From contig OZ024763.1 in NCBI GenBank assembly GCA_964016885.1, positions 15,624,001-15,688,000 of the forward strand: 64,000 nucleotides of DNA, given 5' to 3'. How positions within the stretch are numbered: the first letter of the stretch is position 1; each line of letters starts with the position of its first letter. Origin of the DNA: Eledone cirrhosa (taxonomy: Eukaryota). Below the pieces are notes generated by a model. That model ran no database searches, was not told the origin of the DNA, and worked only from the letters and a program-made list of their open reading frames with translations. Below are positions 1-13,610 of the stretch, one piece after another. The position numbers and the translations under genes were made by a program.

Positions 1-12
1 TTACATATATAC

Positions 13-47
<35 letters not shown>

Positions 48-198
48 TATCTGGGTCGAGTGTTTAACCTTCTTCCTGTCATAACATGTAATCAATGTTG
101 TAAGTGAGAGGAGTAAACTGCCTTATGTCAGCTACCATAACTAGTTTAAAACAAAACTAGGGAAATATATATCAGCATCACCATCATCAACACCGTTT

Positions 199-510
199 TT
201 AAGTCTGTTTTTCCACACTTGCATGGGTTGGACAGGTCCTTCTCAGCACAGCATCTCTCGATGCGTCACATTCCTTTGTCATCTCTTCTGTGAGTCTCAG
301 CAATTTGAGGTCAGCTCTCACCACCTCTGCCCAGGTCTTCCTCGGTCTACCTCTCCTGTGGCTTCCTTCCACTGGGATTTCCTGACACTTCTTCACTCAC
401 TTCATCATGCATTACACGTCCGTACCAATGAAGTCTTCTCTCCTGCACACCACCTCAGATTCCCCTTAAACCCAGCTTCTCTCTCAGCTCATCCAAGCTT
501 TGCCTTTCTC
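199..510 (-). mobile_element. RTE-clade LINE 3' fragment
   Basis: Minus-strand translation KKCQEIPVEG..RGRPRKTWAEVVRADL is the RTE ORF C-terminus; same family as 13945-14470. Confidence 0.8.
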
Positions 511-519
511 TATTATATG

Positions 520-553
<34 letters not shown>

Positions 554-830
554 TATATACATAGATACATAAATATATGATGGCTTCCCCCTCGTTATCA
601 AGTATGGCCATTGCACGATATAACCTTATTAATAATTATCAATTAATGCTATCATGCAATGCCTGTGCGTGAAGATTTTTTTTAAAGTGAGGAAAGACTG
701 TGCACTGAGCCAATCCCACTCTCTGAGCGACAGTAGCTATAACCCAAAAAGAAGAAAAGATCAACGCTGGTTTTATGTCAGTTATCCCTGTTTCCTGAGT
801 TGCTTTCTCCTAGAAGAATGCCCTGACAGG

Positions 831-864
<34 letters not shown>

Positions 865-1765
865 CGGATAAATGTATTCATTTCAGGATGAATGATAAAA
901 AGAATAATGCCAGAATTCTGATGTTGACAATGTTTATTTTACAATAACAATATTCACTTGTTGGTACATTGAGCATCGAGTAATAAACTTGTGGCAGCAA
1001 TTATCACTACATTATTTTCTGGCTAGCTACTTCGAGCTAGTGTGTATGTATGTATCAATACAACAATATAATAGGCGTGAAATAACAGGAAGACGAAAGA
1101 TTAGTGAAAAACATAAGTAAACCTACTGCATGTGTGCATGGTTTAATCTGTAGTTGGTCAAATTTGCTGAGCGGGTATGAAATGTGAGAGCTTTAGGCCA
1201 GGAGAGAAAGATAGAGTAAAGGTCTGCTGATGTAGTCTGTGGCCGAGAAGGTGAGAGCCAGTAAGGCCAGGAGAGATAAAGAGTAAAAGGTCTGCTGACG
1301 CCTACATCGTTATCTCTCATGAACTGCTTGCTGCTTCAGGGTCTTTCTGGTGGATTCCCTAAGTACTTGTATTTATAATAACCCTATAGCTAGAAGGATG
1401 AGTATATGGGTTGATTTATGAGTATTATCTGTATTTCCTCTGTCTACAAGCGGGGGTCACAGGTCAAGTGGTATGTATGTTTATCATACTTGTTTCTTGT
1501 CAGGACAATCGTGGGAAACTCCTAACAATAGGTGGTTCTAGACGCGAGAAACCTCAGATTCGGTTTTGAATCTTCGCTGGTAAAACATAGGAGTATTCCG
1601 TTATATATATATATATATCATCAGATGAGATTTTGGGTTTTGCTTGATTAACAAGTCTGATGAGGGTCAGGTCTATAACAAACATGGACCCTGAGCCACC
1701 AATCTGTGAAACGGTCATAACTGTGCATAATCAATAAAGACCTTAATGTGAAACCTCGCTTTTTT

Positions 1766-1806
<41 letters not shown>

Positions 1807-2256
1807 GTTGAAGGAGATAGAAGGCTAAACAATGAAAAATGGACTGTAAGATGAGGTAATAAAAAGTAAAAGTAAGTTACCTGGTAATCTTTGGGGGGCT
1901 TCTTTTATCTGTCCAATATTTCTGGACCTAAAAATCCCTTCTTCGGGGTTTAAGGAACTTTCAATGGATAATGTTCCAATTGTTCAGCCTTCTATCTCTT
2001 TCAACGTGATATATTGTATACAATGCTTCAAGCAAACTACAACATATATATATCTAGCTGTCAAAATGGCTGGAGCTCAACTGTTGGGGCCCTGACTTTT
2101 TTCCTATATATATATATATATCTATATACATTAAAATATGGTGCCAAACACTTATTTACATCATAAAATATTATATGTTGCCATGTGTATAGTTTATTAT
2201 AATAAATTATCGTATTTTGAGGTGATAAAACTTTTTCACCCACACCTTTCCAGTTT

Positions 2257-2553
2257 CTATATTTGCCACCATCTTCTGCCAGTTTCAGCCAAAATGGACT
2301 CAACAATTGATCTCCACGTGGGTCTGTCGTTCATTGCTGTTGCCAAATCCTGGATTTCAATCCCAGAATCTCTGGAGATGACATCGGGATAGGAGAGCTT
2401 GTGCCCCCTGTTATTAGTGACTGCTTGTGGTTTCCAAAGCACTAATGGGGACACAGCCTCATAGGTGGCACGATGGCAGTGGCCAGCAAATCTTACTCTC
2501 CTTTTATAAACAGTGACAGATATGTGTGGGAGGCCGGCATATATTTCTTTCAA
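2257..2553 (-). mobile_element. RTE-like LINE C-terminal fragment (second family)
   Basis: RRVRFAGHCHR..LVLWKP..RG.KLSYPDVISRD..AMNDR..WR, a typical non-LTR ORF end; similar to 57930-58280. Confidence 0.7.
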
Positions 2554-2563
2554 AGTCAGATGT

Positions 2564-2608
<45 letters not shown>

Positions 2609-2626
2609 CATATGTATGCCTATTTA

Positions 2627-2665
<39 letters not shown>

Positions 2666-2713
2666 ATGTGTGTGTATTGTATATCTTCTTACTTTTGTTG
2701 TTGTTGTTATTAG

Positions 2714-2923
2714 ATCCAAGGCAAGTCAAAGAAACCAATACCAGCTGCCAGAACTTCCAGTCCTTCTACCACACTTGGGAGCTCCCACCAGCACACAGCA
2801 AATGGATCTGGAGGATCTCTCACCTCTGTCACACCTCGATCATTTGACTACACCAACTCTTCTATCGCTAACCACAGCAACCAATCTTTTTCCCACCCCA
2901 AGAATGTCTTGGTTACTTTTGAG
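2714..2923 (+). CDS. hillarin/KY-like gene, exon a (S/T-rich linker IQGKSKK...NVLVTFE)
   Basis: ttgttattag acceptor, GAG|gtaagt donor, 210 nt open in phase 0-0 and joining the next exon in frame; low complexity so no family motif. Confidence 0.7.
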
Positions 2924-3039
2924 GTAAGTTCTTATCAATGTTTTATTTACACATTCCTATAAATAGATTGTCCCAAAAACATGAATACATACTTCAACAG
3001 CAAAAATAAATACATTAAAATAAATTCTGTTTTATAGGA

Positions 3040-3700
3040 CAAAAAGGCTCCCAGTCCACACTGTAAAGTGGTCATGTAGGAGACACAGTAAAAAGGCTCC
3101 CAGTCCACACTGTAAAGTGGTCATGTAGGAGACACGGTAAACAGGCTCCCAGTCCACACTGTAAAGTGGTCATGTAGGAGACACGGTAAAAAGGCTCCCA
3201 GTCCACACTGTAAAGTGGTCATGTAGGAGACACGGTAAAAAGGCTCCCAGTCCACACTGTAAAGTGGTCATGTAGGAGACACGGTAAACAGGCTCCCAGT
3301 CCACACTGTAAAGTGGTCATGTAGGAGACACGGTAAAAAGACTCCCAGTCCACACTGTAAAGTGGTCATGTAGGAGACACGGTAAAAAGGCTCCCAGTCC
3401 ACACGGTAAACAGGCTCCCAGTCCACACTGTAAAGTGGTCATGTAGGAGACACGGTAAAAAGGCTCCCAGTCCACACGGTAAACAGGCTCCCAGTCCACA
3501 CTGTAAGGTGGTCATGTAGGAGACATGGTAAAAAGGCTCCCAGTCCACACTGTAAAGTGGTCATGTAGGAGACACAGTAAAAAGGCTCCCAGTCCGCACT
3601 GTAAAGTGGTCATTTAGGAGACACAGTAAAAAGGCTCTCAGTCCACACTGTAAAGTGGTCATGTAGGAGACACGGTAAAAGGGCTCCCAGTCCACACTGT
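3040..3700. repeat. 49-bp minisatellite (about 13 copies) derived from a SINE internal segment
   Basis: Unit aaaaggctcccagtccacactgtaaagtggtcatgtaggagacacggta; runs directly into a SINE/RTE-type tail at 3700-3865 ending in (gat)n. Confidence 0.9.
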
Positions 3701-4114
3701 AAATGTGGTTGGTATTAAGAAGGGCATCCAACCATAGAAAACCTGTCAGAAACAGTCCTGTACGAGCGAGACACAGTCTCCCGACCAATCTTGGCTCTAG
3801 TGGGACAAACCCGTCTAACCCATGCTAACGTGGAAGATGGATGTTAAATTATGATGATGATGATACATTATTTAAATCAGTAGTCACCAACTGGTGGTCT
3901 GCACAAAAATTTGGACATTATTTGCAATTTTTTTTACACATGTATCACCTATCGACAATATGACACACGTACGCTTCAGTAGTGTTTAATAAAATGGAAG
4001 TTCTCTGATCATTATTTTACAAATGTATTTATCTTTCTTAAAAAAATTCATATTTATGGTCCGCAGGATTTAAAATTATGAATTTAGTGATCCATTAGAT
4101 CCGAAAGGTGTGTG

Positions 4115-4154
<40 letters not shown>

Positions 4155-4241
4155 TACATATAGGTATAAAGAGAAAGACATATATATATATGTGTGTGTG
4201 TATAGATAGACATACATACATATAAGTATATATAGAAAGAG

Positions 4242-4277
<36 letters not shown>

Positions 4278-4278
<1 letters not shown>

Positions 4279-4463
4279 ACGAAGGAAATGTGGTAAGGAA
4301 CCAGGTGGACCATAACGCACCAAAGTACTCAATACTTAGCGTTACCGTTCCTATATATATATATAGGAAAATGTTTAACCCAATGGCAGAGCTCAAGCCG
4401 TTTTGATGTATTGAGTACTCTGGTGCGTTATGGTCCATCTGGTTCCTTACCACACCTCCTTCG

Positions 4464-4465
<2 letters not shown>
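4278..4465. repeat. Fold-back element with about 58-bp inverted arms in (TA)n
   Basis: aacgaaggaaatgtggtaaggaacc...ctcaatac (4278-4335) vs gtattgag...ggttccttaccacacctccttcgtt (4408-4465). Confidence 0.85.
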
Positions 4466-4504
<39 letters not shown>

Positions 4505-4509
<5 letters not shown>

Positions 4510-4720
4510 AAATGAAAATCCGAAGGCAAGGTAAAATTTCAAATCATTTTAATCACGACACATGTTTCAATAAGAGATAGATCGATCGTGAAGCCATGAT
4601 CGATTATCACTGATCTCATCAGGTGATGAGATCAGTGATAATCGATTTATCGCTTATTGAAACGTGTCGTGATTAAAATGATTGGAAATTTTACCTTGCC
4701 TTCGGATTTTCATTTTGATA
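4505..4720. repeat. Palindromic Penelope-type terminal fragment
   Basis: About 100-bp inverted arms centred at ctcatc-agg-tgatgag; contains a hammerhead-like motif. Confidence 0.8.
4552..4627 (-). ncRNA. Type I hammerhead ribozyme-like motif (stem II irregular)
   Basis: ATCAC-CTGATGA-...-GAAAC-ATGT-GTC-GTGAT; 5-bp stem I, palindromic stem III ACATGT, GUC triplet. Confidence 0.55.
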
Positions 4721-5100
4721 CTTATACTCCGTTTTACATCATCTAGCTGTTCCCTTGAATGGAATTGGAGATATACAAAAGCGCGGAGAACTTAATATTG
4801 CTAACATAAAGTTATTGGACCATTTTACACAACCAATAATACACCTTACTATATAACAACTATATATATATATATAGGCAACACGGTAAAACCCTCCCAG
4901 TCCCACACTGTAAATGTGGTTGGTGTTAGGAAGGGCATCCAGCTGTAGAAAACCCGCCAGACAGTCCTATGCGAGCAAAACAACCACTCTTGCCTCAAGT
5001 GGGAAAACTCCCGTCCAAACCCATGCAAGCGTGGAACATGGACGTTAAACGATGATGATGATGATGATATATATATATGTGTGTGTGTGTATATAGATAG

Positions 5101-5156
<56 letters not shown>

Positions 5157-5229
5157 CTATATATATACATATATATATATACAGATATATGGATGGTCAA
5201 CCATTCTCTTTCGATCTCTTCTGTTTTAG

Positions 5230-5610
5230 GACTTTGAACGGATCGGTGTGTTCGAGGCCCAGGTCCACTTGGAACAGCGACATAAGGAAGAAGAAGAACG
5301 ACTTCAACGTTTTCTATCCGAAGAACGAGAGAAAGAAATGAGAAAACTGGACGACACAATTATCGGAGAGAAGGAAATGGCAGCCGCGGAACTTTTATCG
5401 AACATTGATCAACTCTCCTTGCAACACTCGGCAGCCGGAAGTTCCCTGGATCTGGTCTACGAGAGACAACGGATCGAGGAACATTTCCGAAGGGTCAGGG
5501 AAGAACGACTGAAGGTGGTCACAGACAAACTGGCCAGTGATGAGAAGATGAGGACGTCGAAGATGGTAGAGAGGCAGGGTCAGGAGATGATGTTGTTGAT
5601 TGCTGAGAAG
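5230..5610 (+). CDS. hillarin/KY-like gene, exon b (coiled coil DFERIGVFEAQ...MMLLIAEK)
   Basis: ctgttttag acceptor, AAG|gtaagt donor, 381 nt phase 0-0; E/R/K-rich coiled coil as in hillarin-family proteins. Confidence 0.9.
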
Positions 5611-5744
5611 GTAAGTTGGAGTTGGTAATGTATTATATATGTTAGCAGAAAAACAACCGTTCGCTGTAATGTGTATATTGATATTACACACTAATATAGA
5701 TGCATGTAGATATGATACATCAAATAAAATCATAATTGACAATA

Positions 5745-6530
5745 TGTCCCAAATATGTGTTTATTTGGGATAAGACAGCGTCCCTCTTCCCTTGATTTCC
5801 GAAACATGTGTTTATTTAAGATAAGACAGCGTCCCTCTTCTCTTGATGTCCGAAACATGTGTTTATTTAAGATAAGACAGCGTCCCTCTTCCCTTGATGT
5901 CCTAAACATGTGTTTATTTAAGATGAGACAGCGTCCCTCTTCTCTTGATGTCCTAAACATGTGTTTATTTAAGATGAGACAGCGTCCCTCTTCTCTTGAT
6001 GTCCGAAACATGTGTTTATTTAAGATAAGACAGCGTCCCTCTTCTCTTGATGTCCGAAACATGTGTTTATTTAAGATAAGACAGCGTCCCTCTTCCCTTG
6101 ATGTCCTAAACATGTGTTTATTTAAGATAAGACAGCGTCCCTCTTCTCTTGATGTCCTAAATATGTGTTTATTTAAGATGAGACAGCGTCCCTCTTCTCT
6201 CGATGTCCGAAACATGTGTTTATTTAAGATAAGGCAGCGTCCCTCTTCTCTTGATGTCCTAAACATGTGTTTATTTAAGATAAGGCAGCGTCCCTCTTCT
6301 CTTGATGTCCTAAACATGTGTTTATTTAAGATAAGGCAGCGTCCCTCTTCTCTTGATGTCCTAAACATGTGTTTATTTAAGATAAGGCAGCATCCCTCTT
6401 CTCTTGATGTCCTAAACATGTGTTTATTTAAGATAAGGCAGCATCCCTCTTCTCTTGATGTCCTAAACATGTGTTTATTTGGGATAAAATGTTACCCTCA
6501 GTTCTCTTGATGTCCTAAATGTGTTTATTT
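5745..6530. repeat. 51-bp intronic minisatellite, about 15 copies
   Basis: Unit aaacatgtgtttatttaagataagacagcgtccctcttctcttgatgtcct. Confidence 0.95.
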
Positions 6531-6590
6531 TTCTCAAAGGTTCTCCAACCCTGGAGCCACTAATTATAGTGTTGCTACTGTATATTGTAG

Positions 6591-6722
6591 GACCGAGAAT
6601 TTGACAAGAGTTCCATATTTGACCATTCTACAAGGCCACCCATCCTTCCTCCAGCCTGTAAGAAAGTCCAGCTGTATCGGTCACCAACTGTCTTTAAACA
6701 ACTGGATGAGCGATCTATTGAG
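6591..6722 (+). CDS. hillarin/KY-like gene, exon c (DREFDK...PPACKKVQLYRSPTVFKQLDERSIE)
   Basis: tattgtag acceptor, GAG|gtttgt donor, 132 nt phase 0-0. Confidence 0.85.
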
Positions 6723-6844
6723 GTTTGTAAAGTTTTGATGTCTACACACACATATCTATCTATGTATCTCTTTATTATATTCCATCCTACCACTTCCACC
6801 CACACCACCCTTTCTCTGTAAAGTTATGTTGGTACCACAGAACA

Positions 6845-7995
6845 TCCAGTCCACGCTGTAAAGTGGTCGTGTAGGTGACAAGACAAAAAGCACCCAGTCC
6901 ACGCTGTGAAGTGGTTGTGTAGGTGACAAGACAAAAAGGCTCTCAGTCCACGCTGTAAAGTGGTCGTGTAGGTGACAAGACAAAAAGGCTCTCAGTCCAC
7001 GCTGTAAAGTGGTCGTGTAGGTGACAAGACAAAAAGGCTCTCAGTCCACGCTGTAAAGTGGTTGTGTAGGTGACAAGACAAAAAGGCTCTCAGTCTACGC
7101 TGTAAAGTGGTCGTGTAGGTGACAAGACAAAAAGGCTCTCAGTCCACGCTGTATAATGGTTGTGTAGGTGACAAGACAAAAAGGCTCTCAGTCCACGCTG
7201 TAAAGTGGTCGTGTAGGTGACAAGACAAAAAGGCTCTCAGTCCACGCTGTAAAGTGGTCGTGTAGGTGACAAGACAAAAAGGCTCTCAGTCCACGCTGTA
7301 TAATGGTTGTGTAGGTGACAAGACAAAAAGGCTCTCAGTCTACGCTGTAAAGTGGTCGTGTAGGTGACAAGACAAAAAGGCTCTCAGTCCACGCTGTATA
7401 ATGGTTGTGTAGGTGACAAGACAAAAAGGCTCTCAGTCCACGCTGTAAAGTGGTCGTGTAGGTGACAAGACAAAAAGGCTCTCAGTCCACACTGTATAAT
7501 GGTTGTGTAGGTGACAAGACAAAAAGGCTCTCAGTCCACACTGTATAATGGTCGTGTAGGTGACAAGACAAAAAGGCTCTCAGTCCACACTGTATAATGG
7601 TCGTGTAGGTGACAAGACAAAAAGGCTCTCAGTCCACGCTGTAAAGTGGTCGTGTAGGTGACAAGACAAAAAGGCTCTCAGTCCACGCTGTAAAGTGGTC
7701 GTGTAGGTGACAAGACAAAAAGGCTCTCAGTCCACACTGTAAAGTGGTCGTGTAGGTGACAAGACAAAAAGGCTCTCAGTCCACACTGTAAAGTGGTCGT
7801 GTAGGTGACAAGACAAAAAGGCTCTCAGTCCACACTGTATAATGGTCGTGTAGGTGACAAGACAAAAAGGCTCTCAGTCCACACTGTATAATGGTCGTGT
7901 AGGTGACAAGACAAAAAAGCACCCAGTCCACGCTGTGAAGTGGTCGTGTAGGTGACAAGACAAAAAGGCTCTCAGTCCACACTGTATAATGGTCG
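6845..7995. repeat. 50-bp minisatellite (about 23 copies) from the same SINE segment as 3040-3700
   Basis: Unit aaaaggctctcagtccacgctgtaaagtggtcgtgtaggtgacaagacaa; continues into a SINE tail at 7995-8145. Confidence 0.95.
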
Positions 7996-8235
7996 TGTTG
8001 GTGTTAGGAGGGGCATCAAGCCGTAGAAAACCTGCCAGACAGTCCTATACGAGTGAGCCACGGTCACCCAACCAATCTTGTCTCAAGTGGAACAAACCCG
8101 TCTAACCCATGATAGCGTGGAAGATGGACGTTAAACGATGATGATAATGGCGACGACAATGACTAAAATCCGAAGAGGGCTCGATAAGGATTATATATAT
8201 ATATATAAACCCGTAAAGTAAATATTTATTATTAG

Positions 8236-8345
8236 TACAGATCAAAGTTTAAGCAAAGAATCACCGCTTTCACCCTTTTACGGGAGTCTCAGAAGATCCT
8301 GTAAAGGGTGAAAGCGACGATTCTTTGCTTAAATCTTAATCTGTA
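8236..8345. repeat. Short palindromic element with degenerate hammerhead-like core
   Basis: tacagatc..tttaagcaaagaatc..gctttcaccctt / aagggtgaaagc..gattctttgcttaaa..atctgta; one arm recurs at about 18590-18647. Confidence 0.75.
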
Positions 8346-8730
8346 TATATAATATATTATATATATATTTATATATATATATATAGAAAGAGAGATTTAC
8401 TCACTGTAAATGAGGTTGGCGTTAGGAAGGGCATCTAGGTGTAGAAACCAAGCCAGAATCAGTTCTGTATGAGCAAGACATGGTTACCAGACCTAGCATT
8501 GCCCACAACAGGACAGCTCGTCTAACCCATGCTAGTGTGGAAAAATGGACGTAAAACGGTGATGATGATGATGATACATCATGCATAAGGTAATTTGTCA
8601 CCAATATATATATATAAAATCTCAATAAAAAAAATCTCTAAAATAAATCTAATTCAGAGAACATGCTAGCGTGGAAGATGGACGTTAAACGAAGATGATG
8701 ATGATGATGATGATGAGAACTATATACATA

Positions 8731-9037
8731 TTATACCAAATCACCGATGGGTAGATTCCTAGTAAAGTAATCTAAAACAAGAAAACTTCACAAGTGTCTC
8801 ACTAAGTCCCTTTACTGCCGTTTCTAGAACCAAGAAACAGTATTGACCATCTCAATAGAATTACGACAGTCCATCCTGCAAGAAGATTCTTTCTAGAAAC
8901 TGCCGTAAGGGGACTTTGTGAAGCTGTCTACTTTTAGGTTGCTCAACTAGGAATCTACCCCCAGGGTCAGATACTTGTGAAGTTTTCTTGTCTTAGAGTA
9001 CTTTACTAGGAATCTACTCACTGGTGATTTTGTATAA
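8731..9037. repeat. Fold-back element with about 100-bp imperfect inverted arms
   Basis: gtagattcctagtaaagta..caagaaaacttcacaagt vs acttgtgaagttttcttg..tactttactaggaatctac. Confidence 0.8.
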
Positions 9038-9059
9038 GATATTCTATATGTATACATGA

Positions 9060-9800
9060 AATTATTGTGTAAAGTGCTCAGGTGCACTACAACTCGTCAA
9101 AGGTGCATGTATAGTACATAGAATAATACACAAATGTCAAGGAAGTGAATAGTGTATGAGTCATGATATACATGTGTGTATGTGTATGGAGGGGGAACAT
9201 TAGGTGTAGTGTTGGCGAATCTCGGGAAGCATGGAGGCCTTAAAGGATGCAGTGTTTCGACAGCTAACAACTGATGCTGGTAGTTTGTTCCATGGAGGTT
9301 TTAAAGGATGCAGTGTCTCGACAGCTAACAACTGATGCAGGTAGTTTGTTCCATGGAGGTTTTAAAGGATGCAGTGTCTCGACAGCTAACAACTGATGCA
9401 GGTAGTTTGTTCCATGGAGGTTTTAAAGGATGCAGTGACTCGACAGCTATCAACTGATGCAGGTAGTTTGTTCCATGGAGGTTTTAAAGGATGCAGTGTC
9501 TCGACAGCTAACAACTGATGCAGGGAGTTTGTTCCATGGAGGTTTTAAAGGATGCAGTGTCTCGACAGCTAACAACTGATGCAGGTAGTTTGTTCCATGC
9601 TTCAGCAACTCTGAGCGTGAAAAAATGTTTCCGAAAGTCATGGGAACTGTACTGTTTTCTGACTTTGTGGGCATGCCCACGTGTGTTAGACACATGGAAA
9701 TCAAAAAGGTACTCAGGGTTGCTGTTGGCAAGATGGTTAATCATTTTGTGGGTGTTTACCAAGTCAGTTGCCAGGCGTCGGAGCTTCAATGTATCATACG
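9060..9800 (-). mobile_element. CR1/L2-like LINE 3' fragment containing a 61-bp tandem expansion (about 6 copies, 9233-9598)
   Basis: LKLRRLATDL..TRGHAHKV..FRKHFFTLRVAEAWNKLPASVV..ASFK is the CR1/L2-type ORF2 C-terminus. Confidence 0.8.
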
Positions 9801-9936
9801 CACATGTCCACACACACACATGTCCACCCACATACACATGTCTACACACACACACAATGTCTACATACACTCACACACAACTTATCTGCCCCTCCCCTAC
9901 ACACACCAACTGTGACATTATCTTCTCTCTCTGCAG

Positions 9937-10019
9937 CTTGCTAACCGAGAGTATAACAACTTCACTGATCTGGTACGAGATCTCACCAGGTACTGCAACA
10001 CAGAACTGGAAAAAGTCAG
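9937..10019 (+). CDS. hillarin/KY-like gene, exon d (LANREYNNFTDLVRDLTRYCNTELEKVR)
   Basis: ctctctgcag acceptor, AG|gtaaaa donor, 83 nt phase 0-2; FTDLVR.L...ELEK.R motif of the hillarin/KY family. Confidence 0.9.
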
Positions 10020-10059
10020 GTAAAATTCATGTTTTAAATACCTTGAAATTTTCACCTTA

Positions 10060-11100
10060 ATTAATTACCTGGAAATATTTGTTTACAATGTGTCTGTGAG
10101 GGGGTTTTGTCTTCCATAAGTTTGTCATGACTTAACACTTTGATATGTCCCTAGAAATATTTGTTTACAAAGGGTCTTTGGGCACTTATTGCCTTCCATA
10201 GGTTTGTCATGACTAACACTTTGATATGTCCCTAGAAATATTTGTTTACAAAGGGTCTTTGGGCACTTATTGCCTTCCATAAGTTTGTCATAACTAACAC
10301 TTTGATATGTCCCTAAAAATATTTGTTTATAAAGGGTCTGTGACAGGTTATTGCCTTCCATAAGTCTGTCATGGGACTCACATGAGTAACCCTTGCTTTA
10401 GCAGAGAAAAAGGCCTTAAAATGTTTGGGTTTTTACCTTTAACCCTTTATCATTTACATTACTATATATATACTATTGTATTTTCATAGTAAAGGCTTTA
10501 TCTCACATAATTATCTCACATAATATCAAATCTATGAGATTTTGATATTATTTATTTTGAGAACAATACCTTAACATAAGTATGAGCAACTGGTTACAGC
10601 CGGTTTGAACAGAAAGGGGTGAGAGAATTCTGGCCGGGTATGGCCAGTTTGAAGGCTTAAAATGTTTAGAGTTTTCACCTTTAATATATCCCTGGAAGTG
10701 TTTATTTACAAAGGGTCTGTGAGGTGTTATTGCCTTCCATAAGTTTTTCAAGGGGCTCACATAAGTAACCCTTGCTTTAGCAGAGAAAATGACCTTAAAA
10801 TGTTTGGAGTTTTCACCTTGAATATGTCCCCAGAAGTTTTTGTTTGGAAAAGGACTCTGAGAGATTACTGTCTTCCATAAGTTTGTCTAAACCTTGCTTT
10901 AGCAGAGAAAATTATCTTAAATTATTTTGAGTTTTTATTTTCAATATGTCCCCAAAAGTGTTTGTTTACAAAGGGTCTTTGGGCAGTCATTGGCGTTCAA
11001 GTTTTATACTTCAACACCCAGTAAAAGCTTGTCATGGAGCCGACAAAGCTAACCCTTGCTTTAGTAGGGGAAAATGACCATAACCCCTTCAATATGAATC
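10060..11100. repeat. Degenerate ~81-bp tandem repeat interrupted by a piggyBac-type MITE copy (about 10440-10660)
   Basis: Recurring gatatgtccctagaaatatttgtttacaaagggtc...ttgccttccataagtttgtc; 10440-10660 matches 57234-57430 in reverse. Confidence 0.7.
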
Positions 11101-11572
11101 TGCCTGAAACCTCTTCTGGTTCTATGATAAAGAAAAGCTTTGTTTTTAAAGTGTTTATGTATCTAAAACCCTTCCATCAGTATCTTATATACAAACCTTT
11201 GTTAAGCTTTGTCCCAAACACCAGCTTAATAATGAGAGAGTTAGTTATTTTACTAAATCCCTCCAAATTCTTGATTATTTTCAAAATTATTTGCAAAACC
11301 ATAGGCAGTGTCTTTCATTAGAAATAAGGTAATGAAAGGGTTAAAATGCTTGTGTTTCAGGGTATACCGTATTTTCCAGCATCAAAGACCCTACTTTTTT
11401 CCTAAAATAAGTCTCAAAAATCTGCCATGGGGCCTGGAGGCCGAAGGTTGTTTATTATTTTTTTCAAATTTTTGGTTGTCAAAATTAAGATGAAGCGTCT
11501 TTGGCGCCAGGAAATGTGGTAATTTCCCTATCTCTGTCTTAATACTATCTCTCTGTTTTGGTTGTATTTTAG

Positions 11573-11716
11573 GGTCCTGTTTCGCTGGGTCATTGCTAAG
11601 GACCTCAACCGTAATGCAGTCAAGCAGATCTTGCAGCCACATTCTTCCCTGTCATTGCTAAAAGGGGTCAAAAGTGGCAAAGAAAGTTACCACCAATTGT
11701 TTAAGAAACTTTGCAG
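11573..11716 (+). CDS. hillarin/KY-like gene, exon e (VLFRWVIAKDL...GKESYHQLFKKLC)
   Basis: gtattttag acceptor, AG|gtcagt donor, 144 nt phase 2-2; start of the transglutaminase-like core. Confidence 0.92.
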
Positions 11717-12747
11717 GTCAGTTTTGAGGAAAAGAGTTGGGGGGAGGGAGACTATTTATTTTCACTTTAAACCTTTTGATATGCAACCTGCCTAAAACAC
11801 CTGGTTATATTGCACATACACACAGGCTCACACAGGGTCATACATACACACACAGGCTTACACACACTCACATACACACACATACACACACTCACACACA
11901 CACAAGCTCACACAGGGTCACACACACTCGCATACACACACTCACACACACACAGGCTCACACACTCGCACACCCTCACACATACACACACACACACATA
12001 CACTCACACATACACACACATATACACACACAGACTCCGTTTTCCGGATGTAAACCATTCCGGATGTAAGCCAAAGATCCAGTAAGGTGAAACATTGTCC
12101 TCATTAAGCCCTGGTTAATTAACTGTTGTGGAACTACTTCTACTAAACACATCCCATAGACTGAGTGCTCTACTACAGCGGATATAACCTCCCAGTGTTC
12201 TACCTCTATATGTGTATATATATATATATATGTATAAGAGAGTATTGAAGTTTGCTTGAAGCATTGTGGAACAATAAGTAAATTTCTTTAAGTCGTTTGG
12301 AAGCCTCGACAATGCAAATGGGTAAATCTCCGGGTAACAAGGTCCGGTGGTGGAGAGAGAGATGTAAGTGGGTGTACGTTGAGATGCGTGGTGTGTATAA
12401 GACGAGTAGAAGAATGAAGGAAAGACTATAAAGGATAAGATAAAATAACAACACGAGAGAGAGTTACCTTGGGAGAGATTTAATAGTCCCTATATATTTC
12501 GGATTCACATCCATCAACTGGGGGTTTTTCCGGGGTGGGGGAAAGGTTGTCTGTCGGACAGGTGCGAAACGCGTCCTCCGCTGTTTGTTGTTTTGAATAT
12601 CTTTTTTTTCCGTGGTGCCTACACGTCCACTTTACAGTGTGTGCTGGGTGCTTTTTTTGCAGTGGAATGATAGGGACCCCAGTCCTATCATCTCATTTCT
12701 ACAGCTGAGTAAACTGGAGCAATGTGAAGCATATATATATACATGTA

Positions 12748-13610
12748 GCAAGGCCTAGAAACAAGAGGTCTTAAAGTCAACCTGACAAAGACTAACGTCC
12801 CAGCAGTAAGTAGCAGAGAAAACAGAACCCTGATCTTCTCAGGGAAATTGCCTTGCTCAGTATGTAGGAAAGGTGTAGGTAGAAATTCCATCTTCTGCCC
12901 CAAATGCAAACTATGGGTACACAAGACATGTAGTGAGATCTCAGGAAGTTTAGCTAAAAATGTAGGCTTTACATGTAGCAGCTGCACTGGAACAATAAGC
13001 AGCAAACAACCACAGGAAACAAGCGCTATTAAATTCTGGGAAAGCTCGGTAGAAACAGTAGATAGTTTCTGCTACCTGGGTGACCAAATTAGCAACAGAG
13101 GTGGGTGTTCTGAAAGTACAGTAACCAGGGTAAGAATGCGGTGGAAGAAGTTCAGGGAGCTACTACCACTGTTAACTACAAAAGGCTTTTCCTTCAAAAT
13201 GAAAGGGTGACTGTATGGTGTGTGCATACGAACAGCAATGCTGCATGGTAGTGAGTCCTGGGACTTGCGTAGATTAGAAAGAAATTTAGCTGGCTTGCTT
13301 TGATAGTGTAATAGTAATATACGCAAATGATAAAGCAAAAACGAACTGAGAGAGAAACTAGGTATAAGAAGAATCAGATGCAGTGTGCAGGAGAGATTAC
13401 TTTGGTATGGACATATGATAAGTATGAAGGGTGGCAGCTGTATAAAAAGGTGCAGAGCACTCACCATCAGTGGAAGCCTTGGAATGGGGAGACCCAGGTA
13501 GACTTGGGATGAGGTGATGAAAGCTCACCTTGCCCAGTTGCACTTCTCAAAGGCAATGACACAAGACTGAGATCTCTGCCGTTATGCAGTAATACAGAAG
13601 ACCAGACTTC
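12748..13610 (+). mobile_element. RTE LINE ORF C-terminal half, decayed
   Basis: PCSVCRKGVGRNSIFCPKCKLWVHK.C, FCYLGD, WKKFRELLPLL; contains stops and frameshifts. Confidence 0.88.

Noticed and set aside
5730-6510. 246- and 251-aa repetitive ORFs on both strands
   Set aside because: By-product of a 51-bp (multiple of 3) intronic minisatellite; no splice or family support
3040-7995. CRISPR-like appearance of the regular arrays (also 22402, 35320, 62383)
   Set aside because: No unique spacers, no cas genes, eukaryotic context; these are plain tandem repeats
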